Of a stretch of 64,000 nucleotides of DNA, positions 35,567-48,534 are shown one piece after another. The first letter of the stretch is position 1. Each line of letters begins with the position of its first letter. The DNA comes from Geosiphon pyriformis uo1. Its lineage: Eukaryota; Fungi; Glomeromycota. Below the pieces are notes generated by a model. It had not been told where the DNA came from. It saw nothing but the letters and a program-made list of their open reading frames with translations, and made no database searches. The position numbers and the translations under genes are program-made. The stretch is from assembly GCA_016748015.1 (NCBI GenBank), contig JAAOMT010000129.1, forward strand, positions 1,193,650 to 1,257,649. Direction: 5' to 3'.

Positions 35567-36899
35567 ATGAACAGTCAGGCTGCCTTGGATGCATGCAAAT
35601 TAGAATTGGATCTTGTTTATCCAGATTTTTAGAATTGCTGTTGGATTAAACATTGGCACATTGTGAACATTATTAGAAAAAAGAATTTAAGTGTTAGCTG
35701 GCACAAAGTGAAAGGTCATTTGGGTGTTGTAAGTAACAAACACACTAATACATTTGCTGTTACAGCATTTTTCTCTTCCTGGTATCTTATTCCTCATGTA
35801 AAGAAGCATCATATTTTAGTTGAAGGAAATGTTATTTCTGATAATTCTAGACATTTTGTTTGTGGAGTCTTTAGGTCTGTTCTTTGTGCACATTGGGGGA
35901 TTGGTTTAGTTTCTAGGATTTTGGATAATAGTGTGCACTCAGACATTGATTGGCTTAAATCATCATTGGTGTGACATCCAGATTTGCATATGGCTGCTGG
36001 CTTTACCAATAAATCTATGGCTGGTGTTTGCACATATTTCATGAAAGCTTTACACCATCAGCTGCCAGTTGTTGTTTGAAAGTGACTGTATGACAGATGC
36101 TATCTCAGTGTGCTGTGTCTGTATTGTGATGAGGTTAAGGTTTTTGATCATGTTTTTTCTTGTGTAGTTGATGATTTTGTTTGCTGATACTTGTTAAATG
36201 TCCATGCCACTGCTTGAGAAGCACTTTCTGGTCTTTCCGTCTCTTCTTTAAGAGTTTCTCAATTACTATCCTCTTGTATCTTAAATGTTGCAGTTTGTAC
36301 AGCTTTTTGTAAAGGCTTTGTTTTTAAAGAATGGTTTTGGAAAGCTACATCTGTCTTTGGAGATACCAAAATAGCTGGTCAGAAGGTTATAGAATTTGTA
36401 TGTAACTTGTGTCTTGCTTTTAGGGATGAGGTTTGGTTGGTTCACACTAAGTATTATGCCTATATAGAGAAAAGTAGAATGATACTATGTAATAGTACAG
36501 CTCCAGTTTTGGTTACAAAATTTCTTTCAGAGCTTTTTGCAGGTGTTGTTAAGTTGTTGGGTATTGTTGAGGCAATTGGTGTTGGTTTTGGATTTCAAAA
36601 GTCTTGTTCATTTTTTTTAGATGTTGGGGATTCTGTCTTAGTACATATAGGCACTTAGTGTGGTCCTAATCAGTCTGAATGGCTAGTTGCATGTAGAAAA
36701 TACATAATTTACACTTAGTTTAGATTAATTTTTGATGTATTGTACTAGGTAGTGTTTGGACCTCATTCATAAAATATAATAAAAAAAATATATTTTTAAT
36801 AAAATTCTTTAAAATAAAATTATAAGTTTATTATTATTAATTAGAAATTTTTACTTAATATTTTTTTATTTATTAATTGTAATTTTAATTATTTTTTTA

Positions 36900-39800
36900 T
36901 TTTTTTATTTTTATTTATTAACAAGTACAGCCCAACCAACGCTTAGAATAAGTTACAAAAAAAAGTAGCTAACTAAACATGGTTTACGCATTTGCTACAT
37001 GTGACTGGCCACTCGAGCCAATCAAGACAACACTACACACTTATAGAAACACTAATCCTATAAACAGCACCAGAAAAAAACAAGAACCTATCCCTAAAAC
37101 CAAAACTGACATCAAGAGAATCCAACACACCAATAAGACGGACCGCGCCAACTGAGAGAGGCAGAGCATCCACACCAAGAGCATTAGTTACAACAATGTC
37201 ATCACCAATCAAACCACACCTCTCCATGTCAGATCTGAACTTAGTTCTAAAAAGCCAGAGATTTGTCCTATGACTCTCAACCAAATGACAGACAAAATCC
37301 ACTACCACAAAGACCGCTTTTTTTTTATCACTGAGAGAAGCAATAGCCTCATCCATCCAACTCTTGAGAACAAATCCCTTGCAAAAAATCGAATACAAAC
37401 CAACATCAGACACCCCCAGAGAGAGATCTTGCAGCACAAAAGAAGGTGACAGTAGATCAGGACTTATCAGAGTTTTCCACAAACCACCAAAGTCACCCAA
37501 AATATCCGACTGCACAGAAGCATCCTTAACATAAGTAAAGCCGTGATCAGGGAGTTCCACATCACCACAAAATAGACATGACACACCAGGGTAATTCTTA
37601 TTATACAATCTTTTTTGAATAGCAACAGGCAACCTGAAATAAACAGCTTTCATGAAGTACGTACAAAGAACAGCAGTGACTCAACACGTACTCCCAGAGA
37701 GCATATAAGAGTCAGGGTGCCAAACTAGAGCAGTACTATTCCAATCGACAACCAGACCAAACAAACAAGACAAAACTTTTTGGCCAGGACCCACCTCCCA
37801 CTGAAACTTGTAAATGGAATGAAAAATGTCATGCACAAAATAGTGGGCATTACCAGAAACCAGCCTGTTATTAGCAACCACATATCTACAATCAATCCTG
37901 GCAGGGAGAGAAACCTTAGAGTGTGCAGCTTGTTCAGCAAAAGTGTCAGCCACAACATTACCAGCAATGCCAGCATGACCTCTGACTTTGATCCAATGGA
38001 CAGTCAGATTTTTGGATTTAATCAAATCAACTACATGGTGCCTTTCTATCCAGCAACTATTGTGACAATCTGGCTGCAAGAGACTCAATTCAGCCACACA
38101 TGCATCAATAGCCACTTGACTATCTGTGTACAAAGCCACTGAAACAGAGCCAGGAATACACTCCAGAGCCAGGACAACAGCCTATAACTCAGCCAGGGTC
38201 AAAGACAGCACACTATGTACCTCCATCTCTAAACCTTTGTTCAAGCTAGGAAAATAAGCAGCAGCACCACATGCCACCTAAAACGTACCCAAGCCTCTAA
38301 AAGAACTGTCAGTATAAACATCAATTTTATCAGCCCACAATCCATGAATTTTCTCACGAATATCAGCAAAAAACGTCAAATCTAAAACACTGGCACAGAC
38401 AGAAGTTAAACTCACAGAAGAGGAAGCATGTAAACAGTTATTCAAGTAAGTGGAGGCCTTCAAAAACTATAAAGACACAGAACCTCTAGAACCAAGCTTT
38501 TTCCATTGGCAAAATGTATGCCAACTAACAACCAAACCATTTTTGTCCAAAAATTGGTCACCATATGCCACATCAGCAATTTTCAAGGAGCGAACCACAT
38601 TGAAATACAAAGAATCACCCAATACCAATGACATTAAGAAATGGCCAGAAGAGCAAAAGACACAAGGAAGCCTGTTATCCAAAGATAGCTTGTTGTCAAG
38701 AAATATACGAATCACATCTGCCAGAAAATTGTTTGAAGTGTTTACTCTTAACTTAACAGGATATTGAAGAGGATTCAGTAGAGCCCAGCACAAAACCTGC
38801 AAATCCAAAAATCAATGTTTGAACAGTCGGCCAAGAATTTCAGAAGAATTCGCAAATTGCACAATGGAAGCTACCTTGCATTCAGCTTGCAACTGTTCAA
38901 AAGATTTCAGTCTATAAAGAGAGGGGTGGTGCAACGCCTTATTGGGAAAGTTCCTCAGCAAATTGGCTTTCAACCTAAGATCTTTTCTAATTAGAACATC
39001 TCATTTTAGACAAACAGCTTTGGAAACAAAACTAAACTGTGTTCAATAAATGACTATGGGCTGCAAAACAGCCAAAACCAGATAAGAAAATTGTTTATTA
39101 GAGACAGCTTTTTGGAGGACCATGTTTGAAAAAAACTTAACGTCTGAATTGGCTTTGGTAAGACTTGGCTTAGATAAGCCATCAGTGGACAAGAAAATAC
39201 CCAAATATCAATGACTCACACTGGGATTGGCAATAGCAATGGCCTGGTTATTGATAGATAAAACAGGAACTTCCACTCTTTTGTTGATAGGAATGGCAAC
39301 CGTTTTTTTGTTGTTTATGTTAATGTCATTAATAAAGAAAAACTCACTGGCCACATTAAGAATGTGCTGTGTAGAGGCTTGCCCATTTCCCACCCAAATA
39401 GTGTTATCGACAAAAGCACCAGTCGCAAAAAAAGAAGTCATACTCCCACTAGTCTCAATCCTTCCAAACTTTGTCACAAAGTTCGAATTGATTCAATAAC
39501 CACACAAATGATCTTGTCTCACAACTTCACACAACAAGGGGTCGTAAAAAATTCTTCATAGAAGAGGTGAGAAAACTTCACCCTGATCCAAACCATCAAG
39601 AACTCTGTATTCATCAGAAAGGCCAAAATCTGTCATAACTCTGTTGAAGTGATTGTTGTGAATGTTGCCAAAAAACTTGATGAACCTGCCACACATTTTG
39701 ATATGGTGTAAACTAGCTTCCAAATGAGGCCAACTAACAGAGTCATATGCTTTGCGCATGTTCTAAAGAACTAGCCAAAGTTCACGGCTTTTTTCCAAAG

Positions 39801-42800
39801 CATCCTCTACAATTGAACCCACAGCTAAAATTGGTAACTGAGTGGAAGTGCCTTTGAGGACAGAAAAGTTGTTACCATGGAGAACATCAAACTTACTACA
39901 AGCAAGAGAGATCCTATTTGAGAGAACTTTTGACAAAATCTTTCTGGCTGTCTCAATTAATGCAATAGGCTGGATATTTGACAAAATGCCATCCCAATCA
40001 TAAGGCTTAGGAATCATGGACACCCAGGCCTCTTTCCAATGGACTGGAACATCACCAGAACGCAAACAAAAGTTCAGCAAAGACAACAAACACTCCAAAA
40101 CCAAACAGCCAGAATGTTTCCAAAGTTTATTGGTGATACCAAACAAACCAGCAGCTTTGCCATCAGGAAGATTGCTTATAACCGAAGACATTTCACACAT
40201 GGTAATATCACACATAATCCGACTAAAGACACCATTATTAACATAAGCCAAAGGAGCATATTGTTGTGCCCAGAGACCAGACAGGACAGGAAGAGCATTC
40301 CGCTTTCTGGTCCAATTAACCATGATGTCATCTACTTTGAGCTTCACTTCATTAGGTTCCAAAATAAGAGAGTTATCAGCAACCAAATGGTCTAGAACAA
40401 CTTTGCGAAAGGGCTGCTTCAAGATGCTCTAAATCATCCCATCTTTGTTCATATTGAACATTTCCATACGCTTATCAATTGTATCTCTAATAGCAGATCT
40501 TTTGGCCACCTCAAATTCATAATATTTGGACTTTCTATATTGCTTTCTAATCTTTGAAAGATGACTTATCAAGCCAGCAGAACCCAAACTATCCCCGACC
40601 ATACCAAGAACTTTGGAAGCTTTGGAAGAGTCAACTTTAAACCAAGTATCAGCCAGACAATTAAAGCCAATATATCATCCAGTCTTAGCATTTTTAATAA
40701 CTTGACAACCAACAGCTCTAATCTGGAAAACTTAGAAGAAAGTTTATTCTTAGCACAATCAAATTCACTATACCAATGTTTTGAAAAAATTTCCTTAGCA
40801 GAAGCAGTCATGACTTCAACTAGCACCTTCCACATTTCATTCAAGTCACCACCATCCTCAGCCGTCTTGAATCTATCCAGAGAACCCAAAAGTGCACACT
40901 CAGAAAGTTCTTTAAAATGCACCCACTTTTTCTCATCAGCATTCTTAACCTTAAACTTCTAGCAATCCTTATTAGTGTGCTTGCGGATGCTGTTCAAACA
41001 AGCATCCAAAAGACCACCCAGCCCAATAGACATCGAGACAGCCAAGTGATTCATGTCAAAAAATTTCAAGACAGAACTAACTTTACAATCCATAACAGCT
41101 GAAATCAAAGATTCACTAACTAGAATGTAGTCCAAAATCTTGCTAACGCCCCTTGAATTGCTCCAAGTAGGAACTCTAGCTAGAGAGTGGCCACCAAAAA
41201 TATTAACTAGACCCAAACTTAAACATTTTTTAAGACTCACCCTCTTGACTGAATTGTCTTCATTAAAGTCCCCACTCACAACAACAAAAGAACTTTTGTT
41301 GACAGTATCAGCAATGAATGAATTAACAACAAGAGCCTGAGCAAAATGATCACCACCAGATGCACAAGTATATAGCCCAATGATAGACACAGAAAGCTTG
41401 TCCTTGAACAAAAAACGAATCGAAAGAACTCTGCCCTTTACCTCCTTGACTTTGGAAACATGACAAGCCAGAAAATTGTTCACAAAAATGACCACACCAG
41501 CCCCCCAAAACCCAACATCTAGACCAAATGTAAAAACCCAAACACTCTCAAATTTTTTCATGATCCATGGTCATGAACTGGAACACAACTTGGTTTCCAT
41601 AACAATCGAGATCAAACTACCAGATTTCTTATGCCAGTGAAAAATGTCCTCCTGTTTTGTAGGATTGTTCATTCCCCTAACATTACATGTGACAATTTTC
41701 CAAATAAAACTGGTCATTATGACGAAGAGATAATCGAAGAACCCAAGCCAGCACACAACTGATCCAACTTAGCCAAAATCAAACCAACAGAGATGTCGAG
41801 GGCAACCAACTTTGATTCCAGACCACCAACTTTGGAAGTTAGGACTTTGGAGCTACTTAGACCCAAGAGCAAATCAGCAACACCTGAAGAAAAAAAAATA
41901 GACCAGACACCAGGATCATCAACTGCCATGTCAAAATCTAAGTTGTAATTTGCAACCACAAAAGGAGCAAAGGTTGGGGACTGAGAAACAACCACAGAAG
42001 GAGCCATTTGAGAGGAAGGCACCAAAGGTGCCAAACCAACATTGTCAAGACAAGAAAGAATGTCCAAAATTTGCTCAGACAAAAGCTCTACAGAGCATTT
42101 CAGAAGTGCCAAGCAAGCACCCAAAGGAGAATTGACCACAGGTAGAAAGGGAGGTGTCTCATCCAAACTCAAAACACCAGAAGGCGGGGAACCAGAACCA
42201 GAACCAGCATGAAAACCATGAGAGACTGAAGCAACTGAAACCACTTGAGCCCAAGATTTGCCACTAAAGGCAACAGAACAAGAGATTGGTACATTCTTTT
42301 TCGCATACAATTTGGCCAGCTAGAGACAATTTTCTAGGTTGGCAGGCCTTATAAAAAACTTTGAAGATTTGAGGGCTGATGCAACCTCAGCATCACATTC
42401 CAAGGCAGAATGACCGAACTTCCTACACCATTCATAGCAAACCAAATCCAGCCTAGTCCATGAGAGTTTCACACCACCAAAGATTGGCTCCATGTGAAAA
42501 GCTGACTCCAAAATCTCATCAGAATTAAAACAAACAACAGCATAACAGACTCTATTACCAGTCTCTAATGACCAATTTATGGTACAAGTTTTCTCACTAG
42601 CTTTTTCAAAAAGATCCCCAAGATCATGAGCAGTAATTCTCACTGGCAAAGTAAACAAAAGTGCCCTGAACTGATCTTTAGATGCCCAAGTTTCATGATC
42701 GCCCACTGCCATAGCCACACAAACTGAGTCTTTACTAATCAGGAAGGACCACTTAGCAGCCAAAGACACAGCCTGTTCCAGTTCGGCGAATTCTACCACA

Positions 42801-43680
42801 GCCTTTTGCCATAAACCAATCAACTGGATTTTGATTGACTCCATTTTTCCAAACTCGGATACTGCAGCGACGATCATTTTCTTTGGCGTATCTATAGGAA
42901 TTTTCTTGATTATTATGGCCAGATCTGAGTGAATTCCTAGTTTCTTAAGATCGCTGTTCACAATAATGTTATTATCTCTGGCCAATGACACAGCCTTTTC
43001 CATGCTTTCTGATAAAGTAAATGTTGATTTGATGATCCCTTCAAATTTTGAGAGGGTAGTGGCCCCCCCAAAACCATTGATACCTAAAAATAATTTTCTT
43101 ATGACCGTGATTTTTCTTCTACAGCTGAAAGATTTCTTCACAGCTACTTCCACATAAGTTTTAACAATTTTGGGGTCCATTCACACCTTTTCTAAAGAGA
43201 AAGACAAACAGAGAGGAAGAGAAACCTCCTTCTCATCATCCATGTCATAATTAATAAAGCCGAGAGGGAAACCGATAGCTGCACCAGTATTGAAACACTT
43301 CACATTGGGTGTATTCATTTGGAAGTCAGAAGTGGTTTTACCATCAGAGGCTTCTCCATCCGTATTCATGCTAGTAAGTTGCCCGTTCACACTAACAGAC
43401 CCACCATCTTTGAGATTTTTATCCGCACTTAATAGTTTAACACTACTGAGAGGCTTCTTGACTTTTTGAGTCAAGCCACCACCAACTGAACCAGTGGTCA
43501 AGACTCTGACAGACTTTCTCTTAGCACTAGGACCACTCATAGTGGCAGCTGGTCTAATAAAAAAAGGATTTGATTCTTGTGAAATAGTGGAAGACAGTAT
43601 GCGAAAACAGAAAAAACTTTTTTCAAAATTTGACTCTTTTTTAGGAATTTGGAACAAAGGAGAAAAAGAAGTTTTTTTTG
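36900..43680 (-). mobile_element. Full-length LINE copy B (ORF1 about 41717-43540; ORF2 37033-41717), defective, tail-to-tail with copy A
   Basis: ORF1 RRM-like plus CYEWCRKFGHSALEC; ORF2 WKIVTCNVRG, GDFN, LDY, QGEVFSPLL, AFVDN, VYTDSS, YTDSQVA, KVRGHAG..GN..AD, CLFCGDVELPDH; A-rich tail. Confidence 0.93.
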
Positions 43681-43699
43681 TTTAATTATTTTTTATTAT

Positions 43700-46600
43700 A
43701 TTTATTTAATAGAAATTTATACTTATTTTTGGCTAAAAGTTTTGTTTTAAAAATTGGTTTTTTAAAATCACAGCTTTTTTTAAAAATATTAAGTTAATTT
43801 TTTAAAATTAGTTGATTTTATAAAAAGTTTTATTATTAAATATAAAAATAATATATGATTTATAAAATTAAGTTTAAAATTAATATAAAAAAAAATAATT
43901 TGGTTAATTTAAACAATTTTGTATTATTTATGATTTATAATTTATTAAACATTTTTTTGATAAAATAATATTATTATTAAGTATTAATAAAAATAAAATA
44001 AGTTTTAACTTATGTTTACAATGTTTTTTTGTTTTAATATTATATAAATATTATAATAAATATATAATATTGTCTTAATTAATTTAAGTTATTAATAATA
44101 TATAAAAATATATAAATTATATTTAATTTAAAACATATTATTTTTATATTATATTAAATAATAATTAAGTTTTATTATAAAATAAATTAAAATAAATTTT
44201 AATAATAACAATATTAAGTTTTTTAAAAGTAATAATACATATTTTTACCAATAATCAAGTTAAAAAACCAAAAAATAAAACAAATTTAATCATATTATTA
44301 TAATTAAAAGTTTTTATTAATATTAATTATTTAATATTATTTAATTAATTATTTTATTTTTAATAATAATTATTAACTTAATTATTAATTTAATTATTAA
44401 TTTGGTTATTGAATTTTTATACAATTATATAAACAATAAATTTTTTAGCTGTATTTAAATATTAAATATAATATACTAATAAATAGCAAGAAAAAACAAT
44501 ATTATATAACAATAAAATAATTAAAAAAATAATTTAACTTTAATAAATAAATTGAATTAATAAAAATTTAATATTAAATATTAGTTATATTTTTCAATAA
44601 ATATTTATTTAATATATTTTATTAAAACTAATAATTAAATAAATTATGAAAAAAAAATAAAAAATTATAAAAAAATAAAAAAATTAATATTATTGTATTA
44701 ATTTTTGCTTTAAATAAATTTAATCTGAGTGTAAATAATTTTTTACAGTTTTAAATAATTTTGTTTATATATTTTTTAAAAAAAATTAATGATTAAATTA
44801 ATAATTATATTAATAATCAGATTAATAATCAAGTTAATAATTAAGTCAATAATTAAGTTAATAATCAAGTTAATAATTAAGCCATTAATTAAGTTAATAA
44901 TAACTTTAATAATAATTTTTAAAAATAAAATGACTAATTAATAATATTAATAATTAATATATATAATTAATAATTAAGTAAATAAATAAAACTAAACAAT
45001 AAAAGTTTCAACTATAATAATATATTTAATATTATTTTTATATTACTTATTTTTTTTTCTTAATTAGACATAAAATAATAATAATATTATTATTAATTAT
45101 AAACTTTTTTTTATTTTTAAATTTTTTATAAAAAATTAAGTAATTATAATTTTGAAACTAATTATACACATATTGGATTTTTATAATTTTATTTTATTTT
45201 TATAATTTTTTTAATTAAACTTATTATTTTCAATAGTTTTTTTTTGTTATTTGTTAGCTTATTATTCAAATTTATAACAATATATTTAAGCAATTATATT
45301 ATTAATTTTAAAAACAATATAGTTTAAAAAAATTAATTAACTTAATTTTAAATATATTATAAAAAACAATATTTTTTTTAAATAAAAATAAAAAATCAAA
45401 TATTATTTTTTTTTAGTATAATTAATTAACAAATAAAAACAGTTTTAAAAACTTTAAAAAATTTAAAATACACAACAATATATTATTGTAAATTAACAAA
45501 CTTTAATTTAATATTAAAAATTTTACCAAAAACACTAAAAAATATTATAAAAAATTAAAACAAAATTGCAAAAAATTTAATAATTTAAAAATAACAAAAA
45601 AATAGCAGACATAATTTTAAAAAAACTTAAAATACAAATTTTATTTAAAAATTAATAAAATCATATAAAACTAAATTATATTAGATGCTTTAAAAAAATT
45701 TTTGTAATTTTTATTAAAAAATTATTTAAAAAACTAACTCTTAACTTTACAAAAAATATAAAATTTTTTGGAATATTTACTTTAAAATCTGCAAATTTAC
45801 CAATCTATATTTAAAAAATTTACTACAATATTTAAGATTGTTAATATTAAAAACATTTTTTTTTAGTTTATATTTGTTAAAAAAATTTTAAATTATATAA
45901 TAAAAGATAATATAATATTTTATTTAAAAGTTTTTAAGCAGATTTATTTTAAATTACAACTTTTTTTAATTAAATAATCATAGATATAAAACTAACCTAA
46001 GTTTTATAATTAATAAAACCAAATACAAAAATTGTTTATTAAAAATAATATTTTTCAAAATCATGTTAAAAAAATATTTCACATTAAAATAAGCTTTTTT
46101 TAAATTAAAGTTAATATTATATTTTTAATGTTTTATATAAGATAAATTTTTAAAGATTTGTTAATTTTTAAAGTTTTTAATTTAATTTGAAAGTTTTGGT
46201 AATTTATATTTAGTGTTTTTATCTGTAAATATTTTTTAACATTAAAAAAAGATATTAAAACATTTTACAAGTCAGATATATTAATATAATTATAATAATT
46301 AGTTAAAATAATATTTAAAATTAATAAAATTTAGTATTGTTTTTATTTTTTTTATTAAGTTAATATTTTATTTTACTTTGTTATTGAGAGTTTTTATTAA
46401 ACTATTATAATATTAAATTATGTTTATAATAATTAAATTATATTTTATTTACTTTTGGTTTTGTTTAAATTAATTAATAATTTATAAAAAAAAGAAAAAA
46501 ATTAATATTTTATTAAGAATTATAATTAAAAAGTATTGGTCAAAATATTAATTTCAAAAGTGTTTATGCAATTTGTATTTGAGTTTGATTTAAAAACAAA

Positions 46601-48530
46601 AAATAAATTTCTTAATAATAATACAAAAGATTCTAATTTATAGATTATTATAAAAATATTTTATAAAAATTAAAAAATAAAAATAAAAACAGATTTTTTA
46701 TTTTAAAATTTTTTAAGTTTTTAAGTTAAAATTAGATATATAATATTTTTAGTTTTATAAAATAGGTTTTAAAAGTTTGTAATTTTATTATTTTTTATAT
46801 TATTTTACTATTATTAATTATAATTTGTTATTTTATGTTATTTTCTGTAATTTTTTGTAATTTTTTAACTATATTAATTATTTTTTATTATTTCATATTA
46901 GTTTTTATTATTAAATATCGATTACATTTTTTTGTAATTAGTTTTTTTATAATTAGTTTTTTTTATTTAGATAATATTAATTAAACTTTTAATTAATAAA
47001 AATATGTTAAAATAATAATAAAATTTATTAAACTTTATAATTATAATAAAAAACTATTTATACTTAAAATTGTATCTTTAATTCTAAAATTAATTGAAAT
47101 AATTACTGTTTTTATTATATTAATAGAAATATTTTTAATTTAAAAAATTTATTAATTATATATTAAAAATTTTGTATTGTTATATAACTATTCTTAATTT
47201 AAATTGTATTATTAATAAAAACATTTACAATTAAATAAGAAATTAATCTTGGTTTTAATTTAATTAGTCTTAATTATCAATGTAAATTTATTCAAAGTTT
47301 TAATTTTTTTAAAAAAGAGAAAAAAAAATTATTTTAATTAATTTAAGTTATTTTTTAAATATATTTACAAATTATATATTATTATAAGTAATTATATAAT
47401 GTATTTAATTTATAAGTTAGTGCTTTAATTGTTAATATAAATTTAAAGATTTTAGTATCTGAAAATTTTGGTTGGTTGAGTTTTTTGTATAATAAACAGA
47501 GATTTATTAATAATAGCAAATAATATTTAATATCTAATTTTTTAATATAATAATTAATTTATTCTAATGTTTTTTACTTTTTTAATAAGTAATTTAATAA
47601 ATTAATTTTATGTTTATTTTTATGTTTTTACTAAACAATTTTTAATATTAATGTTTTTTATTAATTAATAAAACAAATAAAAAAATACACAAAAAAAATA
47701 ATAAATAATAAATAAAATTAGTATTTATTAATAGTTATAATTAAAAATTATTGTTTTAATATTGTTAATAATATAGAATAAATATTAATAAAATTAGTTA
47801 AAAATTAGTAAATTTTTATATGATAAATATAAATTTATATAACTTAAATAGTAAATAATTATATTATAATTTTTATTAAAAAAACATTTATTTTGAATAT
47901 TAGATTTCTAATTATTAAAGTTATTTGATAAAAATTTAATAAATCTATTATTATTTTTTTGTTTTTAATACTATTATTATATATATAAATTTTTATAATA
48001 TGAAATTTCTGAAATTTTTAATGATTTTTATATATTTTATAAATTACTGTTAAAATTTATAATATTTCTAAAATTTTTGGTATTTTTAAAATTTTTGATA
48101 TTATATAATTTAATAATTTTTATTATATTATTGGCTAATTATGTTATATTTTAAATATTATTTTATAAATAATAATATTTTGTATATATTTTAAAAAATT
48201 AACAAAATTTAAGCCTTTTTTAAGTATTAAAAACTATTTTTTTTAACAAATATGTATTTATTAAATATTTTAACAAGCTCTAAACAAATTTACAATATTT
48301 TTACAACTTATTAGAAATATCTAACAAATTTTGTTGTTTTTTTGTTTAAAAAGCATTTGATAATAGTTATTAAATTATTATAATTAATAATTTATAATAC
48401 TATCAAATATTTTGTTTAAAAAAATTGTATTAATAATAATATATAATAAAATTTTATTTAGTATTATTTATTTTTTTATGATAATATTTATTTTATCTTT
48501 AACCAAATTCGGCTTTATAACCAAAATTTA
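43700..48530. repeat. A/T desert of about 4.8 kb (eroded repeats), sharing blocks with 18.5-20.0 kb and 8.4-8.8 kb
   Basis: For example CAATATTATATAACAATAAAATAATTAAAAAAA.AATTTAACTTTAATAAATAAATTGA occurs at about 18531 and about 44497. Confidence 0.75.
44810..44900. repeat. Degenerate 12-bp minisatellite (TTAATAATCAAG) x about 7
   Basis: Direct reading. Confidence 0.75.
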
Positions 48531-48534
48531 TTTA

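Larger units (their letters stand above)
20123..36788 (+). mobile_element. Full-length LINE copy A (ORF1 about 20274-22129; ORF2 22126-36658 with APE-RT-RNase H-CCHC), defective, split by the Gypsy element
   Basis: ORF1 has RRM-like repeats and a CCHC relic. ORF2 has WKIATCN, GDNFN, IDY, QGEVF, AFVDD and VYMNGS. The RNase H motif VFT/NSQAA is split exactly by the LTR element. Poly-A at about 36781. Confidence 0.93.
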
